From the human T2T-CHM13v2.0 reference genome, Homo sapiens: a stretch of DNA of 64,000 nt. Location: assembly GCF_009914755.1 (NCBI RefSeq), contig NC_060932.1; one strand, 5' to 3'. The position numbers and the translations under genes are program-made. Below the pieces are notes generated by a model. The model was not told the DNA's origin, searched no databases, and saw nothing but the letters and a program-made list of their open reading frames with translations. Within the stretch, counting starts at the first letter, position 1. Every line of letters starts with the position of its first letter. This document shows positions 1 to 14,721 of the stretch, one piece after another.

Positions 1-49
1 TCAATATTATATTTACATTGCTCATTTTTTACTTGGTAATTTTCTAATT

Positions 50-190
50 TTTCCCTCTCAGCATGTAAGTTTCATGAAAATGAGATCTTGTTTCTTGTAT
101 TTATCACTTCATTCTCATTTCCTATGTAAGTCTGGGATCTAGTAGGTGGTCAATACATATTGCTGGATGGTCAGATGAATGAATGAGTTT
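50..190 (+). mobile_element. L2 LINE 3' end relic
   Basis: gtaggtggtcaatacatattgctggatgg...gaatgaatga resembles the L2 terminus; boundaries approximate. Confidence 0.6.
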
Positions 191-1439
191 ATAAATGAGT
201 TATACGTCTCAGTTTCCAGAGGGTTCTCCTTTTACTCTCTTTCAGCAATGAAGCTTGTTGGTTTTGATGCTTCTAAGAAACTAGATTAGCCTAATTCAAC
301 CCCAGTTTAACATTTTTTAAATGTCAGCTCTCCTTTCCTCTATTAACACTAAATTATTTTTATTCTTTATGATCTCATCTTACAGGGCAGTCCACTATAG
401 ATAGTAATAGAATCTCCCAAGTTTCATCTTGGATAGAACAAAAGATTCAGAAGTCAACATGCTGTTAGTATATTTTATTTGTTTCAAACTGGTGGGAAAC
501 TTAGCTTGTCTTTATTAAGTATTTGTAATTGTAGATACTTTGTTCATATTGTACTGCTGACAAGTATGCTCTGAAGCCAGAACTATAGTTTTTCATGTCT
601 GTGGAGTTCTCAGCAAGTGGTGTCATGCTAATTACTTTGTCTTCTGTAAGCCCAAAATATTAATGGATAATAGGTTAAGGATCCCAGCGGAAAAATACTG
701 GCAAGACTTCTTACCTATTATGACATTTTTATTTAGCTCGGTCTTTATTTTCCAATCTACTTTCTTTAGAGTTACTTCATGTAAGAGTTTATTATTCATA
801 GTAAGAACATTTTTTTTTTCCTGTGGCAGAGAGAGTAGTCTAGAGAGTTCAGTTGATGCAAGGGCAAATTCAAAAGCAATCCAAGTAGACTCTGGCCTCT
901 GTGTAGAGCCAAATCCATCAAACAGAGGAGATGAGACAGCAAAATGTACTCTTTCATTAGTTTCTACCCACAGAGAGTGGTTTTTAAGGGGGGAGGGAAC
1001 ACTTGGTTGCTTTATAAAAGTGTCTTCTTGTCTCTCCAGGATTTCCTGTTGCCTTGAGGAAAATTTGTTTGTTTGCAGATTAGGTCTATTCTTGTTTTAA
1101 TTTGATAGAAATTTTAAAGTAGGTGTTTTTAAAAAATCCTTTTTAGAGACCTCATTTACTTACACATTCACAAGGCTGGACTCCAAGGCCTTCAAAGAGC
1201 AAAAAGTACACTTAATTATTATTCAGAGTTTATATAGCTCCTAGCATAGTTTCCAGCATATAGTAAGGGCTCTCTAAGTGTTTGTAAGTGAAAGAATGGA
1301 TGAATCAATGTGTGAATAAGTAAATAAAGTAAATTAGTAAATATTTTTCCTACCTGAATATTGATAATAAGAAATTAATAATTCTATTTGCATAATTATT
1401 TGAATGTATCTCAACTCCCTGTCTCAATCTAAGAAAATT

Positions 1440-1622
1440 CTAGAGTTCCCTGTAGATTCCCTTGAGGCCTCTGTTGCAACTGCATCATGGTTCACCTTTT
1501 ATTGCCTAATCCTGCTTCCAGCTTTTCCTTACAGGTGTGGTTCCCAAATGCAGTTCCCAATAAATATCCCGCATGCAAAACTCTCCTGCAGAGTCTGTTT
1601 GCAGGAAATCCAACCTAAGTCA
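1440..1622 (+). mobile_element. ERVL LTR16-like LTR fragment (3' part)
   Basis: cccaataaatatcccgcatgcaaaactc...agagtctgtttgcaggaaatccaacctaag resembles the LTR16 3' end. Confidence 0.55.
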
Positions 1623-2659
1623 TCATTCTGAGACTCAATTTTCTGTTTTTAAAATATGAAAGATCCCATTTATCCTATAAGACTGTTACGAGGATTTAAA
1701 TAAACTGTAGAAAAGAAATGCCATTTTGGGCCTTCAATAAGTGTTAATTTCCTTTTCTTTTTCCTCAAATTGTGTCCACATATGAAATCCTTTGCTGCCA
1801 CAAAATAAGTGGTCAGCACATACTTGTAGCATGAGTAAAAAGTATAAATGTTCCCACGTGTCCTTTTATTAACCTGTGGGGTGATATCATGAGTAAAGGT
1901 CAAGATGCTCAAAGGCCAAGCCATCTCATGTGGATTCTGTAAATGAAACCTGAACGTTTGCATTTAATATCATTTGCTTGCAACAAGTTTGAGTTTCTCC
2001 CTTTCTTAAAGGTAAAGAAAACTCCAAAATCAAACTAGGCTCTTTTTTCCCCCTTTTATCAGGGGAAGAGGGGCTTTCTCCTTTTATTGGGAGCTCAGAA
2101 TTGCCTTTCTCCTTTTATTGGGGGCTCAGAATAGCTTTGACCAACAAAGAAACTAGGTTGCCTGCCCTAGTAGTGGTTGTGAAGGTTCTTCTAAGAGTCA
2201 TTTGGTGACTCTTTTTCACCTGCAATCTTAAACCTGACATTTACGTCTGCCTCCAAAGAAAAGCCACTGGGGTCTTAGGCAGAAGCCCAGCCAGCTCTCT
2301 CCATGTATCCAAACATCTTCTCTTCTTTTGAGAGAATGCTGAACATATTTATTGAGCTTTCATTGCATGTTAGGCAGCAGTTTTTACAGGCAGCAATTAA
2401 CCCTGTATGTTCTATATATTAGGGTGGACTTTAGGCATCAAGGTGCAGGTTCATGCCTCAGTTTCCCTCCCTGTAATGTGGAGGTACATACTCTTTGGTG
2501 ACGGAGAAGTAGAATATTTTGTTTAAATACAGTGTAGATATGTATTCACTCAAATACACAACCCACTTTTAATGGACTCTTGATACCAGGAATAGAAGAA
2601 TAAGAACAGTTAGATCTAGCGTTTACTGAGATTCTTTCATGTGCCAGGGCCTTATATTT

Positions 2660-2930
2660 GGTATTAGTCAGCTGTTGTTGCAATAATGCTGCATAAAAGG
2701 AAACAAACTCAAACAAAAGGCTTATGATCAACAATAATTTGTTCTAGGGGTCATGGGGTTGCACTACCACTTAGCTGATTGAGGCTGAGCTTGGGGGGGG
2801 GCTTTGCTTCAAGCTGTAGGTTTGCTGGGCTTTGCTCCAAGAGTATGCTCAGTACATATTTGCTTTTTGTATGTTTGTTTGGGGGCCAGGGATGAAAAGG
2901 CCAAAGCTACCTGAAACACTCTCCTCCGAG
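2660..2930 (-). mobile_element. Ancient MaLR (MLT1-type) LTR fragment
   Basis: gtattagtcagctgttgttgcaataatgctgcataa resembles the reverse MLT1 terminus. Confidence 0.55.
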
Positions 2931-3719
2931 GGAAAACACACCCCCTACACTGTGATTCTATGTTGTTTCTTGCTCTTCTCCATCATAATCTGTCTATAAT
3001 TACATAGCAGGTGTTTGTTTACCAGAGCTTTTGAGGGACAATAAGTCCTTTTACCTGAGCTTTTGAGAAGCAATTCACTCATTTCTGAATCCAATACTTC
3101 AGAAATTTCATGGCACACAGAAGGAGCTCAATAAATGTTTTTGAGTTAACAGATGCATAAGTGAATAAAATCTTTATAGATCTGTACTAATACCTTCTAA
3201 AAGGGTTGTGCTAAAATGATGAATGGTTGAGTTACAATTTGTAATTAGGACAAGCTTGACCTGCTTGGGCAGTCACTGAATCTTTTGAAGTCGACATCAT
3301 GGAACACAAGTGACAAATGATCCTTTCATGTCAGCATTGGTGCTGTACACCGGGTAGAATGAACCACTGATCTGACCTCGTGGGTTTCTTTTTTGTATTT
3401 ATTCATGGGAACATGATTAAGTAATTGAGAGATTTCAGCAATCATCCACACATGGTTTTGAGCCCTTCAAAACACTGCATTTGGAATTATTAGAATAAAA
3501 GTATTTATTATCTACAAAATGTTAAACAAGAACATTTTCCAGTAACTCAGCCACCTACTCCCTGGAGAGAAGTTCAAAAACAATTTCATAAAAGCAAACA
3601 AAAGGCATTCATGATGAGTCTTCACATCACAGTAGCAATAGAACTGGCTTGCAGAATCTCAGCTTGAGTGGGAAGTAAACTCCCATAGAAGCCATGGAAG
3701 TTACAAAGTTTTACTAGGT

Positions 3720-3870
3720 TCTTCAACTCTTAGAAGTGAATGATGCTGGACATGTCACTTAATTTCTCTGAGTCTCCATTTTCTCATTTATAAAAGGGAC
3801 ATAATAATACCTAAATGCTAGGTCTATTACGAAGGTTAAATGGGACAACAGACGTGCATTGCTTGGTGAC
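3720..3870 (+). mobile_element. MIR SINE
   Basis: Core tcacttaatttctctgagtctccattttctcatttataaaagggacataataatacct. Confidence 0.7.
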
Positions 3871-4294
3871 TTCTTCTATTTTTTGAGGCAACATCATTTT
3901 GTTTTTTAATTTCAAGACTGTCTATTATGTGGACTATTGATGGCACTACCATTTTCTTCATGTAACTTTTCTTTTGCTATAGAAGTATAAAATTATTTTA
4001 CTATCTATCATTATCTAAAATCTATCCATTATCACTATGATGTGTGTAAGTTGCATTAAATTCTTTATTAGATGGTCTGAATTCTAATTCATTTATGGCC
4101 ACTAGCAATTTCTGTGGCTCAGGCTTTCTGAGCCACCATTTGGTTCACGGGACATTCATATTTAAAGCTTATTGAAAGTATGAGTCTACAAATTCTATTA
4201 TCTCTCTATCAGTCTACCAGTCACTACCTATTTTGTTATTTATGTGTCCACCCATCTACTCATCTATCTGTCCGTCACAAACACTTTTCATGCC

Positions 4295-4649
4295 TGACAT
4301 GGTTTGGCTGTGTCCCCACTCAAATCTCATCTTGAATTGTAGTTCCCATAATCTCTACCTGTCATGGGAGGAACCCAGTGGGACGTAATTTAATCATGGG
4401 GGTGGTTACCATCATGCTATTCTCGTGATAGTGAGTTCTCACCAGTTCTGATGGTTTTATAAGGGGCTCTTCTCCCTTTCACTCGACACTTTTCCTTGCT
4501 TGCCTCCATGGGAAGTAGGACATGTTTGCTTCCCCCTTCTGCCATGATTGTAAGTTTTCTGAGGCCTCCCCAGTCCTGTAGAACTGTGAGTCAATTAAAC
4601 CTTTTTCTCAGGTATGTCTTTATTAGCAGTGTGAGAGCAGACTAATACA
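4295..4649 (+). mobile_element. THE1C/D solo LTR (MaLR)
   Basis: tgacatggtttggctgtgtcccc...gactaataca termini; 5-bp TSD atgcc/atgtc. Confidence 0.92.
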
Positions 4650-5189
4650 ATGTCATTCACAAAATCACCTTATATAGTAAATGGATCATTCATATTAACT
4701 TGAGGCACTAGGTAAACCACTAATATTAACCAAAACATTGCTGAAACTGAAGCAATCAGGGTTAAAACTATTCTAGTGAATGAGAGATTGCCACACACAT
4801 TATTATATACCAAAGTATATTATCTGACCAAATAAAAGTGAATTTGCAGCAAAGATGTCTAAAATATGCTTTAAGCTAACCCCAAATATGAAAATTTATA
4901 TGAACTATACAAGTAAGTTAGAGAGTTATTGCCTATATTGTAATCAGTCAACACCAGAGTATTGTAAACCACAAGCTCTTCTGACATACTCAAATGTGAT
5001 TTACTTTATAAAAATCTAATCCACATACAGATTTTTCTCAAGATCATATGTATGCCATATATTAGGCAAAGGTAGTCTTATTTACCATCCCCATTAAATA
5101 TGAGCAATGTAGATGTCTCTATTTTTTCTTCAATTTATAGTTTCAGATCTTAGTTGTATCTACTCTGAATTCAGCTTCAAAGATAGATT

Positions 5190-6360
5190 CTTTTCTAGCT
5201 TCCTCTTCTGTTCCTACTGTTCTTGCCACTGTCTTAGTTCAGACCCATACGATTTCTCTCCCAGGGATTTGCCATGGCCTCCTAACTGGCCTCTCTGCTT
5301 TTGAAGTCATCTCTCTTCAGTTCAGTTCATCAGCCAATCTGGTGATTATTAAAGATATAAATTCAACTCTACAAATCTACTCCAAGATTTTCTATTTCCC
5401 TTAGGTTAAAGAACAAACCTCTCAGCATAGCACACATCACTTTTCCTGCCCCACCCATCCTCATTTCTCACAACCCAATCACCTACATCAACATGGTGGT
5501 AAATGGAACTTTTGTACTCTTCCTTAAACTTTCTTATCCCTCTGTGCCTTTCCATAAGCTCTTTTTTTTATTTGTAGAAATGTATGGGGTACAAGTATAA
5601 TTATGTTACATGCATACATTGTGTAGTGGTGAAGTCGAGGATTTTAGGTTATTGATCACTGAACATCCATCACACAATTAAGTAATCTCTTACCATCCAC
5701 CCTCCTTCCACCCCCTCACCCTTCCAAATCTCTGATGTCTATTATTCCACACTGTACATCCATGGGTACACATTATTTAGCTCCCACTTATAAATGAGAA
5801 TATGCATCATTTGACTTCCTGTTTCTGAGTTGTTTCACTAAGATAATGGCCTCCAGTTCCATTCACGTTACTGCAAAAGACATGATTTTATTCTCTTATG
5901 GCTGAGTACTATTCCATTGTATATATATACCACATTTTCTTCATCTAATCATTCACTGATGGATTGATAAACACTTGGCTTGATTCCATATCTTTGCTAT
6001 TGTGACTAGTGCTGTGATAAACATAAGCACTTTGCCCTGTAGAAAATAGCCTTTTTCCCTTAATACAGCGGAATTCTATTTCTTCCATTGGTCAAATGCT
6101 TTTTCCTCCAGAAAGCAACCTCTGATCTCATCATGCACCTACCCTCCTCTTACCAGTCTTTTATAGAGGGTCTCCTTCCTGCTTCAACAGTCCCTTGCTT
6201 AACATACTTGATGCCTAACACTGTACTCTAATTATCTGAAAATATGTCAGTCCCACAGTACACTGTGAATGGCTGAGTGCAAAGATCCAGGAGCCTAACA
6301 TAGTGACTGGCCCATGTTAGGCATTTAATAAAGTTTGTTAGATGAACAAAGTGAATAAAC
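5190..6360 (+). mobile_element. L2 relic interrupted by an L1 fragment
   Basis: L2-like body on both sides of the L1, ending in an L2 3' tail (aggcatttaataaagtttgttagatgaa). Confidence 0.6.
5562..6027 (-). mobile_element. L1 3' fragment (L1PB/L1MA age class)
   Basis: Poly-T, then antisense L1 3'UTR/ORF2 end (ctcccacttataaatgagaatatgca...ttgattccatatctttgctattgtg). Confidence 0.88.
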
Positions 6361-7249
6361 TTTTTAAAGCAGCAGTCACTTGGTTGTCAGGCAAAAAAAA
6401 TTCAAACGAGAAAGAAAATTACCATACAGGATGATTTGTCTGAGTGCTTTGTTTCCCCGTCATATTATGTCAGGGATCAAAGGATAGCATTTTTCCCTCT
6501 TCAAATTGAAAATAGCTTTGTTTTTACTGCTTTTTTGTTCCTCATATTAAAAAGGAGCTTTTGTGTTTGGCTTTAATATGACTGGATTGTCTCTACATTC
6601 ATATCCCTCGATACCTGGCTTTTCACCATAAGTCAGCAAGATCAAAATCTTCTCCTAATTACCTTCACTACCTGCTGAAATATCTGCTGCTGGGAACATG
6701 TCAGTTGCTCCAACAATTATGCTAGTGGTAACGGCACACATTCTCACGAGGCAGGGTGGTGATACCGGACTTCAAAGGGCCTATGCCAAGTGGTGATGTA
6801 TATTGCAGTTCAATTAAAGCGTAATTAAAGTGGCATACTACATTCTAACTTCTGCTTGTGTCGAAGATAATCCATTCCAATAGTGCATGCCATCACCTCT
6901 ACAGCAGATCCTAAGTTACAAGGACAGGAGCATAGCTCTAACTCCTTCAGCATTCACCCACATGAAGATGACATTGCGTGGTCGAGGGGGCAAATTTATT
7001 GCAGTTATGTGTAATGAGCTGCTGGTTTGTGCCAGGTGAGGTATCCTTATGAACAATATTTCATCAACTCCTGGTGGCAGGTATTATTTTCCTCATTTTC
7101 CAGAGGGGTTAGCTAAAGCTCAGGAAGGTTCTATGATATACACAAAGTCATGAGAACTTTCACTTACTAAGTGTATAACCTTGAGCACATTTTCTAAACT
7201 CTGAGATTCAGTGTTCTAATTGAAAAGGGTGAATGCCTTTATCACTGGT

Positions 7250-7420
7250 CACATACATACACACACACACACATATATACACACACACATAAATATGTAT
7301 TTATGTACACATATAGATACACACATGCATACATACCCACATCTACATGAGGATATATATACTTGTCTATATCTATGTGTGTGATATATATATACACACA
7401 CACACAGATATGTGTGCATA
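7250..7420. repeat. Compound (CA)n/(TA)n/(TG)n microsatellite
   Basis: Directly visible. Confidence 0.9.
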
Positions 7421-7814
7421 GAAAACAAGTTGAGTGATGAACAGAATAGGTACCCAGTAATTGTTTTTAATTGTTGCCATTTTGTTTTTGTTTTCAAAGG
7501 CCTCCAAAGCAAGTGATTCATTCAACCTTCCAGTGTTCTCATGCCTTATGACACATTAACCTTCATGAACTTCCTATTCTTTCTGTCAAGGAGCAAATGG
7601 TAAAAACACCAACACTTGGTGGGGCCCCAAGGTGACTGAGAAAGACCACATGGAGACTCAAGTCTTCTCATGTCTGTCTCATTCATGCAACAGTAGTCCA
7701 AGGGCTGATGGACTTGTTGGATACTTGCAGGTGCAGGGGGTCCTTGGGACAATCTTGGAGAGCTGTTTTTTTCCTGATCTCTCAGTAGTGACCTGTTACA
7801 AGGAACTGAGTTGT

Positions 7815-8555
7815 TTACTGTGGTTAAGAGCACAAAATCAGAAGTTAGAGAAGTATGAGTTTACATGCGTTTATGACAGCATTATTTACAATAGCAAAGT
7901 CAGGAGTTAACCTAAGTGTCCATCAACGGTGGATTAGATAAAGAAAATGTGGTACATAAACACTGTGGAATAGGACACAGCCATAATAAAAAATAAAATC
8001 ATGTCTTTTAAAACAATGCAGATGTAGCTGGAGGCCATTATCCTGAAGTGAATTAATGCAGAAACAGAAAATAAAGTGTCACATGTTCCAACTTATAAGC
8101 GGGAACTAAACAATAGATACACATGGATATGAAGATGAGAATAATAGACACTGGGGACTCCAAAAGAGAGAAGGGAGAGAGAAAGGGGGAAAGGGGCTGA
8201 AAAACAACTTACTGGGGACTATGTGCCCTATCTAAGTGATGGGTTCGCCAGAAACCCAAATTCAGATGCCTCAAAAACCCATTTAACAAACCTGCATGTG
8301 TACCCCCAAATCTAAAATTTAAAAAAAGATAAAAGTATGAGTTTATACTTAGATTCTGTCATTTAGTAGTTGTGTAAATTTAAGCAAGTTACAAGACCTA
8401 TCTAAGCCTCAGTTTTACCATCCAGAAAACGGGGATGATGATAATAACTTACCTCATAGAGCTGTCAAGGGAATTAAATGAGATAATGCACATAAAGTGC
8501 TTGGCACTGTCGTGTTCTTATACTCCAATACATAAACTTATTATTATTATTGTTA
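7815..8555 (+). mobile_element. Near full-length MIR split by an L1
   Basis: 5' part gtggttaagagcac... before 7863; core and tail (ctcagttttaccatccagaaaacgggga...attattattatt) after 8345. Confidence 0.82.
7864..8332 (+). mobile_element. 5'-truncated L1 (L1PA15-17-like)
   Basis: L1 3' end with A tail; 13-bp TSD aagtatgagttta at 7851-7863 and 8333-8345. Confidence 0.9.
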
Positions 8556-10326
8556 TTACTCTAGCGTCCTTTCTTACTGTCTCTCCTAATCTCATCTCTT
8601 TTTACACATACATACTCTCATCTACTCTGAGGCTCACTCAGATTTTCAAATATTTTTGAAGGTGTTATTATGCAGTGGACTGAGTGAGTGAACACACAGG
8701 CTATATGCAAACTACCTCTGGAATTCATTCCACCCCTATCTTTGCATTTCAATCAGATTCACATTTCAAAGGCCCAAGCCATGTCTGACAATTCTCCTGG
8801 CAATAGCTACAATGAAAACTTGAACATAGCCTCTAAGCCTTTCTAAAAGCAAGATTTCCCAGTTATCATAATTAACCATATTTCAGAATATACAGAGTGC
8901 TATCAGTGAGCAGTATCAAACCTTCAGAATCATCAGCATAAAACTAGGTTGAGTTGCATGGGAGAGAACTCTGAACCTGATTCTATCACTTCCTGTCTAA
9001 AAGTGAATCAACCATACCAGAGTGGTGACTGCCCCAGTGTTTGGGTGTAACAATGTGTCAACAACTTCTAGGAATAGAATTTATGTTTCAACTGCAGGGC
9101 AAGATTTAGTGAAGTATAAGCTTGAAGTTTTGATATGCAGATTTAAACACAGAGAGCAGAAGACCAGATAATGGAGGATAAAAGAGAAATAAGGAGGAAG
9201 AAAGGGAGGAGTGAGAAACAGAGAGACTTAGATGGTTGTCATGCAAATACTTGGTATTGCAAGACTCTTTTCTAAGTATTTGCTATCTGTTAAGAACTTT
9301 CATTTTCCCCTGATATCTACTATATCTTTTCAGCAAAGGATATTTTAAAAAATTCCAAATGCTTAATGAATTCTCATAAAAGGTATTAAAATTAAGAAAA
9401 AAAGATTCTCAGTTTTTGAAGAATTATAGTAGGTCCTTAGAAACTTAAATAGTTGGCAAGCTTTCAGATATTCCAAATTTACAGTAAAACCCCAGTTTTC
9501 TAGAAATAAGTGATTCTGTGGGGTTAAATTTTCCTATAATTTAGTATTCATATGATTGAACGTTTTTTCCACTAATATATCTCTCCTACTTCCTAGCTTT
9601 ATGAAGCTCTGATGTATACTGTATCACGTACTTTTAATCTTTCCTTGATGCCTGAACATGTTCATCATTATCACCATATAGTGACCAGGGTCAACGTGAG
9701 TGTCTGGTGTATTTCTGCCTTACACTAACTGGCCTCAGACTGCTGTGTGGTAGTAATTCTGACGTTTGTTTTTAAAATGGATTTCTGTCCCTTTCTTCTC
9801 TGTAAGGTGTTCAGCAATTACACACTGTTTTGGGAAACATGTCTGCCTGTAATAGAGCATTTGGCTCCTGTCTATTATGGCAAAAAAGAAATAAGAAAGA
9901 AAATACAATAATTGAGTTTTAATTTATTTAATTTCAAAAACATGGTGAATGTCTACTCCATGCTAGTCATGTGTTAGAAGATGGGGATACAGAAATGAAT
10001 AAACCCAAGTAGCCTGTGGGCTGATGAAGAAACAGGCATTTAAAAATCAGACACAATACAATGCCATAGAGATTCTTACAATGGTAAGAACCAAGTGCTT
10101 TATAGGGATCTCAAACTCTGATTCCCACAGAGATTGACAGGTAAGATGAATGAGACAGGAACATAGGTTGCAAAAGAATATAGGAAACTGTCCTATGGGA
10201 GAGGCTACAGTTATGTCAGCTGCTACTTAGTTCCAGTTCATGTTTATCAGACTGATGTCGAGGGTCCAGTGTGGCCAGATCCTCATTGTTTAAATTGTAA
10301 TTTTCTTATTTTAAAATCACTGGTCA

Positions 10327-10600
10327 GGCCAGGTGCAGTGGCTCAAGCTTGTAATCCCAGAGTTTTTGGAGGCCAAGGCAGAAGAATTACTTGAGACCAG
10401 TCTGGGCAATATAATGATACTCCACCTCTACAAAACATTTTAAAACCTCGCATGGTGGTACCCAAGAGGCTGATGTGGAAGGATCACTTGAGGCCAGGAG
10501 TTAAAGGGTACAGTGGACTATTATCACACCACTGCACTGCAGCCTGGGCAACAGAGCATGACCTTGCCTGTAAAACATGAAAATACAAAATACAAATAAA
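10327..10600 (+). mobile_element. AluJ, degraded with internal deletions
   Basis: ggccaggtgcagtggctca start, both arms present, eroded A tail. Confidence 0.9.
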
Positions 10601-10855
10601 AGCACTAGTTGGACTTGATCAAGGGATGCCCATTTGAGATCCTTGAGTATAATGGGAATAAAATGAAAGATGTTTAATTGTGACTGTAAGGTTACAATTG
10701 TTACCTCTGAACTGAGCCTTACAAGGTGAGCGCAAAGAGAAGGAGTGACAGTCTGTAGACTTACACTGTCTAGCATAGAGTATGTCTCCTTCATTTGTGT
10801 GTCTGTTTCTCCTCTCCTTTCTCAAGGTCAGGGATTTGGGGCATTCAATACAGAC

Positions 10856-11442
10856 TGCAAGGGCCAAGACCGTTTGCCTCCTGGAAGTTCAAAAATTACT
10901 AGCATGAGGCCAATTGATTAACAGGAGGAAAGGCATACAAATTTATTTAACGTATATACATGGCAGTCTTCACAATGAAGACCTAACCTCTCAGTGAGGT
11001 ACAAACTTATAAAAAATCTTGAGATTACTGGAAAAAAAAAAAAAAAACGAGCGCTTTGATCTTGGTAAAACAGGTTACAGGGGCAGGGGGAAAAGAGAAA
11101 TTCTGCTAAGGGGTAATAAGTGATTACTAGGGAGAATGACTGGATTGGGAAACAAAAAGTAACTTATAAATAATATTCTTTGGAATTTCAATGTGTATGA
11201 GAAAGAGGCATTATCTTGTGAAAGAGTCTGTGCAGGTGTGGTTACATTCTCGGTCTTTTAGGGAAAGAAAGAAAACTATTGCTCTCTTTGGCGGGTCTGG
11301 ATCTGAGACAGATAAAAGAACCTCAGCTTTTTTGGGAGAGACTATGAAGGTTGTGGGGGGATGGTCTGAGAGACCTTTAGGTTTCTTCAGTTCAGCATGT
11401 CCATTTGTCATATTACGGGGTGTCAACTTCTGAACCCCAACA
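10856..11442 (-). mobile_element. MER39/MER34-family ERV1 solo LTR
   Basis: Minus strand begins tgttggggttcagaa...gacatgctgaactgaagaa, as in MER39. Confidence 0.72.
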
Positions 11443-11493
11443 ATAGCTATTTTATAGATTTTTAGAACCTCAGAAAAAGGTAATATCATGTCA

Positions 11494-12534
<1,041 letters not shown>

Positions 12535-14721
12535 CAAATAAGTGTTAAGAGTCTACTATGTGCCAGACACTGTTTTGTGTACTGGCAATATAGCAGTGAA
12601 CCAAGCAGGCAAATCCTCCATTCTCATGGCACTTACAGATGAGCTGGGAAAACACAGGCAATAAACAATTAAGTAGACTCACAATGAGCATACATATGAG
12701 TGATTTGGGTTTATTCAATGTATATCTACTCATTGTATATATATTGATCTGCTTATTGTCTATATCTTTCCAGCTAAAATGTAAGCATACTGTATATATG
12801 TAAGCATATATAGATACCACATATAAATATATACACACATATTGATATATATGTGTGTATATGTATGTGTGTGTATATATGTATATACATACATATATGA
12901 AATAATTGCTATGGTATAAAATAAAGCAGAGAAAAAGTTACAGGTTGTGCTAGGCTAGGTGTGAAAAATATTATTCCTAAATATAGGAGGTCAAGGAGGA
13001 TCTTACTATTTCAATTAGAAGATGACTTTTAACAGAACTGTAAAAGTTGCATGTATTTCCAAGTGAAGGATGGTCCAGATCGAGGGGCCTGCAAATGAGT
13101 TGAGAAAATTCTTGGAAGAGCACAGAGGACAATGCAGCTGGAGAAGATGGGCCAAATGGAGAGCAGTAGGAGACAAGCTCAGGGAGTCAGCAGGGGCCAG
13201 ATCCCCCAGGTCCTCCTGGCCCCTGTAAAATGAGAAGCCCCTGGGAGCTTTGAGTGGAGGAGTGACACAATCTGACTTAAATTTTGAAAGGATCACTCAG
13301 TATGTTGTGTAAAGAATAGAATATAAAGAGCAAGGATGAAATCAGGAAAAACAAAAAACTGTTAGGAGGTACTGCAGTTAGCCAGGAGAGCCATGAGAGT
13401 CGTGACAGTGGTAAATATTAACAACTGCTCAGGTTCTGGAGATATTCTGAAGGTAAAATAGTTAAGATTTGCTGACAGATTGGATATGGGTTGAGAAGAA
13501 AGAGAAATGCAAAGGATAATATCAAGATTTTTTCCTGAGAAATGGAAGGGTGGAATTGCCATGTACTGTGGTGTCAAAGATTATGGCAAAAGCAGATTTG
13601 GAAGAGATGAGATTAGGAGGTGATTTTGGCCATGATGAATTTGAGATGCCTACCAAACATCCAAATGGAGGTGTCAAGTAGGCAGGTGTATACGCACATC
13701 TGGTGTTTGGAGGAGGGGTCTGAGCTGGAGGTATAAATATAGTAGTTATCAGTGTGTGGATGGTATTTCAACATTTTTATCTAGTAAGATCAATTGAAGA
13801 GTAAGTTTAATAAAGAGAAAAGATACAGGGACTGAGTCTTGGGTCACTCTGTTACACGTATTGAAGACAGTAATAAACCAGGAAAGTGAGGTTGAAATAG
13901 GAGGACAACCAGGAGACAGTGACTTTCTGAAAGACAAGTGAAGAAAGCATTTTCAAGAAAATGAGGGGATCAACTGTGTCAAATACCATTAAGTAGGTCA
14001 AGAAGGAAGCTGAGAATGGTTCTCAGATTTAGTAAATGAAGGTATGTAGTGACCTTGATCAAAGTTGTTTTGGTGAAGACCAGATTGGGAAGAGTTCCAA
14101 AGAGAAAGTGAGATAAATTAAAAACAGAGCTTCCTGTAAAGGAGACAACAGAAATGATATAAATGTGAGTTCAGGAGGTGGAAGATATTTTATTTTTCAG
14201 CATACTCCTGGATGACAGGAATGAGTCAGTAGAGACGGGATACAAGAGAAAGGAAATACCCTGAAATGACATCCTTGAATAAGGAGAGAAGGCATTTAGG
14301 AAACAAGTAGAGGAAATGATCTTGGATCTTGGATTTGCTAAAGGATGATGAAATATGTAAGTTCAGAAACCAGTAGATTGGTATAGATGATGGTGTACGT
14401 GAGGAAGTTCTCTTGTAATTGGTTCTATCTTCATTAAAGTCAGAATAGTTATTAGCTGAGAGTGAGGAAGGGGGAATATTGGAGGTAAAGGAAGAGAAGA
14501 ATTAGACAGTTATTTAAGATATTGGGAAAGTGGATGGATTATGGAAATATTGCTGGATTGTCAGGTGGCTTAATTGCCCATTTGAGATTAGGTCATGTTA
14601 TGTGAAACAAGTTAATATGCTTGTATATTTTTCACAAGCCATTTCAACTATTCAAAGTACAGGAATAAAATAGAAAAAAATGTTAGATTTAACAACAAAT
14701 TGAGATTTTGCTAAGTGAGGA

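Noticed and set aside
663-1100. 145-aa ORF as a gene
   Set aside because: No recognisable domain, runs through T and G homopolymers, no promoter or splice context; consistent with chance
3611-3700. ATGATGA as a C/D snoRNA box C
   Set aside because: No suitably placed CTGA box D or terminal stem
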